In this document: positions 50,555-62,757 of the stretch, one piece after another
How the letters are laid out: each line of letters opens with the position of its first letter
Numbering within the stretch: position 1 is the first letter of the stretch
Source of the DNA: Trichosphaerium sp. ATCC 40318
Lineage: Eukaryota; Protista; Tubulinea
Reading direction: 5' to 3'
DNA: 64,000 bases
NCBI GenBank assembly: GCA_038496445.1
Contig: JALMLS010000256.1
Coordinates: forward strand, 186,001-250,000
Translations under genes and position numbers: made by a program
The notes under the pieces: generated by a model
What the model was told of the DNA's origin: nothing
Database searches by the model: none
What the model saw: the letters and a program-made list of their open reading frames with translations, nothing else

Positions 50555-52081
50555 TTGTTTAAAAGCTATAATTGTTGTATGGATAATAATGAAGTAATAA
50601 ACAAGACTTAAATTCAAAAGTAATTTAGTTACTTTTAGGAATGAAAAGCTCCGCGTTTTGAACCCGACTTTTTTGCGGTACCTTTTTTTTTCTGTCACGT
50701 GATTTTCGACAACTACAACAAATGTACATTTATCTAAATTGTTTGTAAACGTTTTGAGTTTAATTCGGAACAAGTTTTATTACTAGCTTTGTAGTTTTTG
50801 TACAAAATACGTTGTGATGCTTTGAAGCACGTGAACCCGCTTTCGTTCGTTTTTTACGAAACTTTTCAAACTTACCCTCAAGAAATTTTATTTCTCGCAA
50901 ACAAGACGATAGCTTATTCTCTTGCGCGGTAAACATTAGATTTTTATCACCAACCGTTTTTTATTTTGTTTGGACTTTCGGGATTAATCCACTTTGAAAA
51001 AAACTTCAAAAAAAAAGATCTTTGGATTTTTACAAAGCTTGTCTTCTCGCTTCTGTAAATCGTAGATCTTTACAAATACTCCGTTCCAACCAAAGAAATA
51101 CCTGCTTTTAACCAGTTAATTATAGGCCTGTTGTGATTGATACTAATTACCAACAGCATCAGCGTAAGAACCTGTCACTGTTGTTTCGGAAAAGAACAGT
51201 CGGTTAGATCTTTTTTACTTGGTGCACATAGTATTGCAGTTTCATCAGCAACAACACAAACAGACACAAATTAAACACAATAATACCTATAAAAGCAACA
51301 GCAAGAGTGTGAAAAACTGGCCAGACGTATGTTGGTAGCGTTAATCAACCATCTCCCTAAAAGTAACGAGAGCCGAATTATTTTGTTGTTTAAAGATTGT
51401 TCGATGCCGCCCTACACGCTACTTACAGGTGGGGTCAATATCAAAGTACAACAGCATAGCACAATGAAAGGTCTTGCAGGATCGACATTACTAAAAAACT
51501 TGGAAAACTATTTAGTTCCAATACGAAATCAACAAAAAAAAATGTGGTAATGTCTAAAACCAATCGATAAAGATAAGCGTGTTAAAAAAAGTTGATGGTT
51601 CAAGGAGTTAACCTAAAGCTTGAGTTGTGATGCTATTCAGACCTTCTTTTTTTGACAGCCAATAGAGGAAAACCTCCAAACTAGAGTTATTAGTCACGGT
51701 AGATATGAATACGACGAAAATAAGTAAATGGCACGAAAAACAGTTTCAATGGATTGCAAACAGCTCTTTACTACTTCTTACGCGTAGAAAACACTATACG
51801 TAAAGCCAAATCAAGCATGAACGAGTTTTCGTTAACTTTTCACCTAACGGGAACGTATGACGTATATTCTTTGTGATAAAACTCGTGGGTCATAATACGG
51901 ACACACTGCACGAAATGTTGGTTCGCAATGGCATGAACTGGTTTTGTTGATAGAAAGCTTGCTGTCTATAGCATTGTAAGGTTGTACGTATTGGTTTTAA
52001 ACACAAACATCAAATCATGTGCCTACTTGGCAGTCGTTTGAAGTCAATTTATTTTTTTGAAAGCAACTATCTTACTTTACA

Positions 52082-52882
52082 ATGTTGCGTACGTCTATTC
52101 GTTTCGGTGGACTAGCTCGTGTGGAGAGACGACACAGAGGGAGGAGATACACTAAATATGACGCTAAAAACTTGTATTGTGACACCACAAAAGTATTACT
52201 TGACGCAAAGAAGCACAAAGGTCTTACCTTTGCTGATCTGGGCAAAGTACTTTAAAAATAACTGTTCACTTTTTTTTTCCAACGAAACGGCGTCATCTCA
52301 CGTTTTTTTATTTTGTACGTAGGCTATGGATAGGAGCGAGATGTTTGCAGCTTCTGTAGTTTATAGGCAAGCTAGTTGTACCCAAACAGATTCTGACAAG
52401 CTCCTTAAAGCGCTTGGTAAGGATAAACGACTAAAAAGCGAAACATTAAAATCAGATTGATGTTAACGGTTTTTTTTGAAGGAATCTCTGAAGACCAACT
52501 TCCAGAATTTACCAATAGACTTACTGACTACCCTACAAAGGGACTGGCATCAACAGATTGCAATGATCCAGCAATCACGAGGTTTTTTGAGATGATAAAG
52601 GTTAGAGATCAAAAAAAAAAACCTAAGACATTTCTAACTGTTTGGTTTGGTTAGATTTACGGGTTTCCTCTGAAAGCTGTAATGCATGAAAAGTTTGGTG
52701 ATGGCATTATGAGCGCTATTGACTTTGAGGTTCACATGACAAAGGTAAAGTTCACCATTCGTGAATTTTTTTCTCGTGTTGACTCGAACTTCTCATTGAA
52801 AGTGTTGTAGGAGAAGAACCCAAATGGTGATCGCGTGAAGATAACATTAGATGGTAAATTCCTTCCTTATAAAAAATTCTAG
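52082..52882 (+). CDS. cynS: Cyanate hydratase (cyanase)
   Basis: [26 protein letters not shown]|[31 protein letters not shown]; 4 introns. Confidence 0.95.
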
Positions 52883-53568
52883 TGTACATGTCAACAACTA
52901 GATACCAATAAACAAAATAACTTTATCTTGGCTTTAGCTTCATAGGTATTATGGTTTATCATTGACCAATTCTAACTCAATAATAGACTTCAATTTATCT
53001 AGCTTTGCCTTGTATTTCTTGATTGCACTTATCAAATGGTTGTTCGATCTCCTCATCTTCTTCACTGCTAGCGTACTCTTCATCACGTCTTTCTAATTCT
53101 CGTGTGAAATAATCCAAGATTTACGTACTTGTGTTAAATTCCATGTAGACATTCAAAAAACTTAGATAGCAACTAAACCAAAAAAACATTATTATCTTTT
53201 TGCTTAAGAATGACTACTAATGCTGTACCTCTCGTAGCGTATACGTCACCATAAAAGCCATGCTTCACTTCACAATAGGAGTACTCGAAAGTGCCATTTG
53301 AATCCAGTGTGGTGTTTGCACTCTAGATGGAATTCCCACGTTTTGAACCGGAAAACTGGACAGAGCATCGTGAGTAAGTGCCATTACGCTACATACTAGG
53401 TTAACTTATATTTAGCAACAGCAAGCCCCACACAAATCTATGGTGACTATAGATACTATCAGCATTGACGTACGTGGGTGTTACAGTTGCTGTAATGCTA
53501 GGACACTAAAATTAATCACATTCCATTACAGGATTTGACGAACTCAAGTTAAGTGTACAATTAGAACC

Positions 53569-55570
53569 ATGATCGGAAAGGCATTTTTGAGAAGAAGACT
53601 TGCGTCTTGTATTTTGTTTTAGATATTAATGGCTACGTACGTATATACTGTGTAGTTTGGAGCCGATAATTTACGATGTAGAGTACGAGGAGAAATGTTG
53701 ATCAACACATACAATAAGAATCCATCTTGAAAAGCAATGGCCTTTTACTGGTTGGCGTGGGCAGCATGTTAAGAATCTAATTGCATTTTTAGTTTATTTA
53801 AGTCTGTTTCTAAACGCAAAAATTGAAATTAAAAGCTACGCAGTATAACATTCTACAATACAGTCACTTTACAAAGAGACAACTGCGTATTACAGCTTCT
53901 ACAGTGCCTCACCAGTCTAACTACGTTACCCAATATCAAAGACGCACACTTATCAGACTTTGAAAGTCTTAAAAAGTTTGTTAATACCCAAAGGCGTAAA
54001 CCAGTCACCATGTAGATCACGGAAAGCGCTTGTATATTCTATGTGGGCCATGCTTACGCGTTTTCAACAGTGATCGGTGTTGTTGGTGCAGAACCAGCTC
54101 GAAAGAGCTTAAAAGTATCGTGAATCTAAGAAGTACGCATTGTGGCTCTTGTTAATGCGTCAGAGTCGACAAAAGAACAGAAAAATGCTATTTTGAACTG
54201 AAAGAGCGCCAAAAAGGTTACAGTTTATACGGCTATCTCTCACATTACATACAAGCTTATTTGAGAGTAAAAATCAGTGGAAAATCGGTAACGGTATGAT
54301 CACGTTTTTTTGAAACCGAAAAGGCACATTACATATTCAAACCGTCACCGACGCTATGATTCTTTTACGTTATAAAATCAAGGCATATTTTGAGCGACGA
54401 GAGCTTAAGGAAGCTACAACAGAAAGATCAACCCTTTTTGGATCAAAACAACACGGAAAACATCTTATTTTAACATCAATAACGTACAAGTAGTAAATAA
54501 AGGTTGATTACGCAAAGTTCTTGGTCTTCAGATTCAAACGATTTTGTATTGACTGTTAAATATAGATGAGTATCAAAATACGCCTGGAACATCCCATACG
54601 GGAACGTAGAAACCGGTGTAAATTACATTTATTTCTCTTTTCGAATTTCACTTTTTTTCACATTTGTTTCTCAACATTACAATCCCGATTTACTTCATAA
54701 CTCCATATCTTAAAACCCAACATCAAAATCCGTATATCTACTATCAATTGTCCACGATATGCTTCAATTACCATGTACAACGCATTGAACCGGTTTTCTC
54801 AAAAACCGTAGCAAAACCACAATTTTTTTGCAACAAGAAATTACTTGGTTAAAAGCAAAATCGATTTTTTTGTCTAGTGGAAGCATACGAATACTACAAC
54901 TACAATATCTATACTTCTGCTTGACATGTCAAGACTACTCCGAGCAGTGCGAAAGTACGCTCGTAAAAAATACAATTCTCTCCTGGGCAGACCACTAGTG
55001 ATTAAAGTCACGGTCACAGTCCCTAAAAGCATCCTGGTTAACACCAGACCAAACTACACATACGCTCTGACTTGGGACCCACAGGTAGAAGATCTCTACT
55101 ACCCACCTACAGGCGTATCAAATATCGTAATGATATCCAGCTATGACATAGATCTAGCAAAAATGGCATTCGAAGGCGGAAGCCCAAGAATGTAAAAAAA
55201 AAAAAAACAAAAAAAAAAACAAAAAAAAAACAAAAAAAATTTTTGCTGCAAGAAGAAAATCCTTTGCAACAAGAGGTTGTTGCTCCCTTTTTTTATACCT
55301 AGTAATCAATATGAATGTGAGTTTTAATTGAGGGTGATGACAAACTGTGGACACCATGTTTGCTTCAGTCAACAAATTTATTTTGCAGTAAATGCAAAAC
55401 ACAAAAATACAAGTACTACCCTTAGTGACAACTGACCGTTGAGGTACTCTGGTGAAGCCATTTTTTAGATTACTTCAGTGTGATGTACTATGGTCGTATT
55501 TGTCACAATTATAGAATGGGCAACACTTGTTAGGACCCATATTGTTTTAGTGTTGAATTTTTTTTGGATG
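53569..55570. repeat. Right arm of inverted duplication 2
   Basis: Reverse complement of 39433-41762, with an internal non-homologous patch at about 53850-54050. Confidence 0.92.
54926..55195 (+). CDS. Intronless 89-aa orphan ORF, copy 2
   Basis: Near-identical to 39816-40085; the TAA runs directly into an (A)nC tail. Confidence 0.55.
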   Translation: MSRLLRAVRKYARKKYNSLLGRPLVIKVTVTVPKSILVNTRPNYTYALTWDPQVEDLYYPPTGVSNIVMISSYDIDLAKMAFEGGSPRM

Positions 55571-55702
55571 GTCAAATACAAATAAAATGTAATTGAACAC
55601 ATGTGTTCATTGTTGTCAAGTTTATTGGTAATTAGGCTACACGATCAAAGAATTTTATTTTGATTGAGTACAACAGTGTTACAAGACCTGTGATTGGCTC
55701 TT

Positions 55703-56896
55703 TTACATTCTTCGGCGCCTGCGGATATTAATTTTAACCGTAGGATCGCTTAAATGTTCTTCAATAAACTGGTCGCATGATAGATTTCTAGGAGCACTCT
55801 CACAAGGAGTACAAATATCCATCATGTCATCTTCACAGCCTCCTAGTATGTCCAACACCTCTTGTCTCTCAACTGGTACCTCTAAAGGCGCTACTGGTTG
55901 TTCCAGAACACTGCCTTGCTCATCAAAGAGACCAAAAGGTAATTCTAGTTCCATGGAACTTGTGGGGTCTTTGCTATCAAGTGGATGCTGCTTTTCATCT
56001 TGATACTGACTATCTTCCTGTTCAGGCAAAACTAGAGGAGAATACTGATCAGTGGGATACACTCTGTTGTCAGTTTTAGACCGATGTGCAATAGGACAAG
56101 AATTTGTGAGAGCAGAAGAAGGATTTGTCTCTAGAGCGTTGCTATTCTGTTTGTCATTCTTCTGTTCTTCAGATATCTCAAGAGAGGTCTGACTCTGATT
56201 GACAAAATGAAGCTCGTTGGTCGTCTTAGGAGTCTCTGTGGAGCTATCCGTTTTTCTGCGCTTTATGAAAGAGGCCTCGCGTTTTCTGAAACTGACCTTT
56301 CTCTTTTTACGTAAATCTAAAGCATAAAATAAGACACAAGTTTGAGAGCCACGTAAAAAACTTGATTGATCGATATTTTGTCGATTTTCGGAAATAGATT
56401 AAGTACGTACAAACTCTTTTCTCGCCTTTGGGGTCATGTGATTTGAAAGTGCCAGGTTTAACCTCAGCCTGAAAAGGATTGATAAAGAACTCAAACCAAG
56501 TTCTATTGGTACTAAGCAACAGTTAGCTAGATTGACGGTTCGAACCCTTTTTTTTTTTTGGTATTATTTCACGCACGTCACTTGAGGAGTACTTGTTTTG
56601 AGCGCTGGCTTTATAACTTCTCCATAGAACTTTGGTCTATTTTGTACAATGGTATCTTTTTCATCTTTAACGTCTTCTTGTTGTTCTTGAAGAGATTGAT
56701 CTGGGGTCACCACGTACTCTTCAGTATCAGGAGAAGGTTCGTCTTAACAAAAAGTCAGTTTAGAATTCTACTACGTTCATAGTGTAGTTTAAATGAACGT
56801 ACTGTAGTGTTGATGTATCTGCTGGTTGTCTGGTTCGGTATCCAACTGCGGATAGAGGTGTGGAGGTTGTTGGCGCGAAGTTAAAGCGTTTTTCAT
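55703..56896 (-). CDS. Orphan 4-exon protein X, copy 2
   Basis: MKNALTSRQQPP...DQSLQEQQED...IKPALKTSTPQVT|.NRTWFEFF...|YLRKKRKVSFRKRE. About 150 bp upstream is also shared with 21745-21891. Confidence 0.75.
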
Positions 56897-57651
56897 GTTA
56901 TCTGTTGCCGAAAAACGAAAACTGAGAGGTACTGTTGTATATGAAGGAACACTCATATGTATTCCGAAGTAAACTCAACGTATGTTTACTGTAGATAAAA
57001 TAAAAAGAAGAGGTTAAGTCTAGTTTGGAATAAGTGGGCTTTTTTTGGTTATCAATCATTAACGATTAGACTTTCATTGGCTGGTTTTACAATCATTATT
57101 TTCATTAAAATAGTATTTGACAAACAAGTAGTAACTATCTTTTTTACTGAGAGAATGTAATGTGTTGTTGCGATTTAGTTAAGTGCAAGTTATGTAATGT
57201 TACACGTTTACATCGGATTTGACCCGAAAGTTCGCTATTTTGGGGAAGCTACAAGCCTGATTTTTCGGGATTGTCAACATAGGTAGCCTTTTGCAACTCT
57301 GCAAGCTAGTTATATCATTAGTGTACCTTATGGAGTACCTTATGGAATACTTTCCGTGAGCATAAGAACTGAAAGTCATGCACGTGCTGCTAATTGTGAG
57401 TAGGTTTAACGTTAAAATAGCATAGAATTATTACACATAGAGAATTAAATTACTAAACACTGGATTGTTCTCCAAAACCAGGCGAAAGCTGAGCTTTATT
57501 TCAGGCAGCTAGTTGTTACAAAAGTATACTCCATTCCCTATACTGGTGGTTGTTCTATATAAAATAACACTCTTATCACAACTATCATTACAAAGGTTTA
57601 CCTAACATTTTACACATTCACTGACGCTGCTCTTAGCCTTGTAACACTTTC

Positions 57652-58821
57652 CTATGTAAAACTCTGTAGTAGATTGTACGTATGTACAATATGCACATAC
57701 TCTAATGCTTCTATACCTTCACCTGTCACATTGTTACCAACATGAAGGGTGTGAACACGTTTTAGTGCTTTGACTCCTTCATTTGTCACATTGCAATCAG
57801 TAATATCTATCTCGTGTACTCCAGCAAGTGCTTTAACACCTTCGTCTGTCACCTTATTACACTTGGAAATATCAATTGTATGCACTCCTGCAAGCGCTTT
57901 AATGCCCTCATCTGTCACATTCTTACAATACTTAAGGTTGATTGTGTGAACTCCTGCAAGCGCTTTAATGCCCTCATCTGTCACGTGCTTACTAAAAGCA
58001 AGGTTGATTGTATGAACTCCTGCGAGTGTTTAATGCCTTTATCTGTTACTTGAGAACAAGAGTCAAGATCGATTGTATGCACTCCTGCAAGTGCTTTAAT
58101 GCCTTTATCAGTGATACGATGACAATAACTAAGATCAATGAATCTAACTTGACAAGCACTTGCTATTTCCTTAAGATCACTATCATTGATACCTAAACGC
58201 CTTGATGGTATTATTTTACGACATCCAGCAAGTAATGAAGATAATGTGTTATTTGTGTAGACCATATGAACCTTGCTGTTATTTATAATCCCTCTGTAGT
58301 GTCTTATCTTCCAGATATCTGCGTATCGCTTGAGATGAACTTTTTTGTATCCAACAATATCATGAATAATATCAGCCATAAGATGACAAGATTGAGCAAC
58401 AGAAAACCTATCTTTATGATCTGTGAACTGTAGAATATTCGAAATAACTTCTGTAGGGAACAATAGAATGTTTGATTGGCTGTACAGTAACGTTGATTGT
58501 GTTCTATTGTAAGAGTAAGTAAAAACAAAATGTTTTTTTTTTTTTTTTTTCAACGTACGTTTCTTGTTGCTTTAGTTTATGTGCCACAGACTCGTTAACT
58601 TGTAGTGCTCGGTTATTTTTCGTGTTAATTATTGTATCCACGTGTTTTGAAAGAAGTTGATCAAGTTGTTTTGTCAGGCTTTCGTTTACAACAGTAATGA
58701 CACGCTCTACTTGTTTTAGGAATGTTTCGTTTCGTTTTGCCATTATTTTGCCAAAAGCACCTGTGTGGTGCTCACGAAAGTATGTTAGAGCCTGATCTAC
58801 TGATAAACCTGAGAAATTCAT
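57652..58821 (-). CDS. F-box-LRR copy C (diverged, fewer repeats, one 1-nt frameshift near 58030)
   Basis: Same intron position (58558-58504); F-box LFPTEVISNILQF; about 7 VTDxGIKALAGVH repeats. The frameshift may be real or an assembly error. Confidence 0.8.
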
Positions 58822-59166
58822 GATTTGATGCTTAAATAATCTCGACGTTTTTTGTCTAAGTTATGACTGACCTTGACTGATTATGTGTAGGTTTTTTATA
58901 CTGTGACAAGTTCTAATGTAACATAGCAGGTTCAATAACCTAAAGTACATTATCTAACAAAGCCACCTAAGTTTAAATCTTGCACAACCTTAAACTTGAA
59001 TATGCACAAAATAATATCTTCTTAACTTGTTCAACAAGTAGAGTGGCTCCTTTATGGTAAACTTGAACATTAAATAAACAAGTATAGTATGTTTCTAGCT
59101 ATCAAGCATATTTATTTGTACAAAGGGGACATTGCAATTGATTAACTTGTGAGTTTGTCTCTTTTT

Positions 59167-60418
59167 TTAAGGGTTGTTTCCAATGGCCTTCCAAAAATGT
59201 GGATCTTTCCTTAATTTAGTGTCTACCTTGTTATACCAGTTATTCAGTACACTTGTAGGTATAATCGAATGCACTAGTAAAATAATAAGAAAGGAGGCTG
59301 GCAATTTTCAAAAAAAAGAGAAACGAGAAAAAGAAGAAGAAGAAAAAAAGATAGAAGTTGTTTGTTGATGTACTTTGACCCATGTTATCACGAATACTTG
59401 TTGTAAAGCTACCAGCATAATTGAAAAAATTAACCAACATTTTTTGACAAAAGTCAAGCATGACGGGTAGTTTAGGTGTATCCTTCTGTCCTATAGAAAA
59501 CAAATAAGAAAAAAGCCAATAATATTAACTTGTTTTGGAGTTTTTTTGAATGTTCTGCAAATTCTCTGCACCTAAATCACGTGGGCAAAGATGCCTTTGT
59601 AGAAAATGACACAAAGAACTTGTGAAAAATAAAAAAAGTTATCAATCCGATTTTTCTGCAGACGTTGGTGGAGCAAACTTAAAGAAGAAGAAAGAACAAT
59701 GTTTCTGGAGTTTCTGAAAAGTAAGACAAAAAAATATTAGTGCTGCGGCTATATCCTAACGTAGGCAGTATATTGGTGCACGCAAAGTTGTTGAAAAACG
59801 TAAAACCCGTGACGTAAAAGAAAGTAAAAAATAAAAAAAATGTACCAGTGTTGTAATGGTTTTGAAGGGTGTCGAGATCCATTATCTCCACACCAATCTG
59901 AGCAACGACATTCTATGGTATAGTTAATAAACAAAGATACTTTGTGTAATCAATTTAGGTAAGTATCACGTGTTGGTGTCAAAAACTTCATTGAAATCTA
60001 GCTGAAATTTGGCGGGTTTTTGAATGAAATTAGCTTGTTTGGCGTTCGTACTTGTCCTTGAACTGTAAAACCGCTCTAAATCGCCATTAGATGTGTTATA
60101 ATAACGTTTTTACCTGTCTATAGATTCGAAAAATGGCACTAGGCTTCGTATTCGTTACACCGCCCAAAAACGTCCAATTATCGTATGGAGGCCATGATAT
60201 ATGTACTGCAGCGCCTGCGCCATCAGGTAAAGGCGCACTACCTTCATTGGGTTATTCAACGTTTAACTAAAGCGCTTCCGTGTCTAATACGCACCAGTCA
60301 TGAACACAGCAAGGTGATTTACAGATGACGCATCTGGTAAAGCAAACACAAGCTTATTTTGACTCACGGGCTTTCCCTCCGTATTAACTAAGCGTCCAGC
60401 GGCTAGAATAGCAAACAT
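59167..60418 (-). CDS. Hikeshi/Opi10 (DUF775) Hsp70 nuclear import carrier
   Basis: MFAILAAGRLV...NHLAVFMT|GSAPLPDG...WTFLGGVTNTKPSAIF; QKMLVNFFNYAGSF; NWYNKVDTKLRKDPHFW. The 5' exons are missed by the ORF track. Confidence 0.9.
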
Positions 60419-61227
60419 AATATTTGTTTAACGAACAAAGAAAACAAACTTTTGTAACTTTTCTCATCGAAGTCAAGATTTTTGGCCAGAGAACAAACAC
60501 CGCCTTCTGGGCTTCATTTTTTTCTTGACTTCGCTCATAACTAGAAGTGCGCGTGGTCCCATCCGGGCTATTTCTAAACGGTTTACTCGGCGATGAAGTT
60601 GGACCGAAACAGAATTTTTGAAAGTCTCTTTGTTTGTTTAGCCAGCAAACGCCCGCCTCTAGTCTCAACTTGTGATAGCAATCCTATTACACTACATCAC
60701 ATGCTCTTCCACAGTACTACCTTCTTTTTACCATTCTCACAAATTGGAGGCAGCATCGCTGAGACAGTTTGAACTTTACGAAATTGTGATTTTTGATATT
60801 CACGAGATTTCGAGAATCTTTGAGACGTTTTTACTCACCTCAGAACCATCTTAAACTTCAATTGTTAGTTCTAACATCTATCTAGGATTCTATACTTATA
60901 GCCACGAAAACAATTTTGCGATTTGTTTATGCTGTGCCGAGGAAAAGTACCGACAGTCAAAGCAATTGTTCAAAACACACTTTTTCAAAAAAATCTGCAA
61001 CTGCCCAAAAGCGATGCTGCCCCTGGGTTAGCAATCACGAAAAACAGAGCTGCTGCGACACCAGTAACAACATTTCTGTCACTGGATCCGTCTTTGGTGC
61101 CTTGATTACAAAAGCAATTATTTGATGTTGCAAATAGTATTCACTTGCTTACTTCAGATAAATTCTCTTCTGGTAAAATTCCTGGCAAAAGCTCACTTAA
61201 AGTACAATTATACTTTATTACAACTTC

Positions 61228-62757
61228 ATGGCATTGAACAACACCACCTTTCCAAAGCAAATTAACAATTTAATAGCAAACTTTGCCTTAGACAACGGCT
61301 ACCTGCTATGCCCTGAGTTTTTCGATACACAGGAGCTAGAAACAGCAAAAACATTGGTTGATAGTACCCTTAGTACCGTAGGCATACCACAAACTAGAGA
61401 AGAAGCTAAAAAGTGGGTTAGAGCAAAGTCCAAAATCCAAAGACAAAAAACTTTATTGGATTTGGTGAATAAGTCAAAGTTACGTAGAGTTCTGGGTTGC
61501 CTTGTATCACAAGGCATCCAAGACGTATCAAGCTGTCAAATAGCGTACAGGTTTCCTGGAGAAAGAGTAAAGGAGTATGATAATGACGGTGAAAGGTTTT
61601 ATATCAATGATTGGCATATAGATAACTACACAACAAAGGATATGACTCAACGGCAACGTATTCCTCCAGATTTTACCATGCTTGTTGGTATTTACTTGGA
61701 AGATAATATATCACGTGATCAAGGAAACTTCGTTGTGTTTCCTGGTGGACACCACCAAATGGAAAGCTATAGTTGCAGTAAAGGTGGCCAACCTTTTTTT
61801 GAAGAAGATGGTTTGGTATCATCACGAAAAGAGATTCCATTGAATGAACCTTTCCAAATTATGGCCAAAGCAGGGACAGTAATAGTTGCTCATCGCATGC
61901 TACCACACTCAACTGCACCTAACCGATCTGATAGCTATGTACGCCGCATTCTGTGGTTCAGAGTTAGATGTGCAAAACGGACAATCAATGTGAATGACCC
62001 GGAGACATTCCTTGACATATGGAAGGAATGGAAGCCTTTACTTTCTTGCACAAAGCGTAACTTGTATTACACAATTACCAACCCGGTTCTGAGGCAATAC
62101 TACACTGACTGCTTGTCAAAAGTTCGACAACTTGGCTATGGACATGTGATGTCTATCACACCAGATTTGATAGTCATTCGCTGTAGGCCGCTTATTGGAG
62201 AGCCAAAACTTTATGCCGGGATGGTAACCGTTAAATGTGAGTACCTAACTGGCGAGATTACAGTCCACACAGGTGGGTTTATTGCCAGATCTCATCACAA
62301 GAGAATGACCGTAGAAATACAATCAAAGACACAGAACACAATTGGTAAAGGGATTCCAGTTGTAGATTTGCTGCAAGTTGCAGAGTATATACGTACCTGT
62401 CATTACAGGGATATGATTGAGAGATGGTGTCCTAGAATACCTTGCACAAACGATAGTCCCCTTGAGAAGAGAGTTCTAAGATTTCATCACTTCAACTCCA
62501 AAACGAAAAGCACCTTTGTACAAGTTTGGGCACAACAGCTTGACCTGATGGGGCTACTATGTAATGGAAAGCCTGGTTTCCTTGTTGTAGTAGGAAAATT
62601 AGAGAACGTACAGACATTCTTTACTCGATTTGAATGCTTCCACTGGCTGAAAGTAAAAAGTCTTAATGTTGACTTTGATCATACAAAACTTGAACCTGGC
62701 TTCCATCGTACAATGACTCCATTGATGCCAGAGTACCTTAAGACTATACTCCAATAA
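61228..62757 (+). CDS. Intronless PhyH-like Fe(II)/2OG dioxygenase fused to a C-terminal DUF1115/Prp3_C-like domain
   Basis: DNGYL, WHIDN (HxD), GNFVVFPGGH, AGTVIVAHRMLPH; C-terminus FHHFNSKTK...WAQQLDLMG...GKPGFLVVVG...F...W. Confidence 0.75.
   Translation: MALNNTTFPKQINNLIANFALDNGYLLCPEFFDTQELETAKTLVDSTLSTVGIPQTREEAKKWVRAKSKIQRQKTLLDLVNKSKLRRVLGCLVSQGIQDVSSCQIAYRFPGERVKEYDNDGERFYINDWHIDNYTTKDMTQRQRIPPDFTMLVGIYLEDNISRDQGNFVVFPGGHHQMESYSCSKGGQPFFEEDGLVSSRKEIPLNEPFQIMAKAGTVIVAHRMLPHSTAPNRSDSYVRRILWFRVRCAKRTINVNDPETFLDIWKEWKPLLSCTKRNLYYTITNPVLRQYYTDCLSKVRQLGYGHVMSITPDLIVIRCRPLIGEPKLYAGMVTVKCEYLTGEITVHTGGFIARSHHKRMTVEIQSKTQNTIGKGIPVVDLLQVAEYIRTCHYRDMIERWCPRIPCTNDSPLEKRVLRFHHFNSKTKSTFVQVWAQQLDLMGLLCNGKPGFLVVVGKLENVQTFFTRFECFHWLKVKSLNVDFDHTKLEPGFHRTMTPLMPEYLKTILQ

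Noticed and set aside
51329-51950. Possible further decayed F-box/MORN relic (HGRYEY, KWHE, QWHE fragments)
   Set aside because: Too degenerate to support without a profile search.
60748-61023. 12-bp inverted repeat GGCAGCATCGCT as MITE ends
   Set aside because: No target-site duplication and no second copy in the window.
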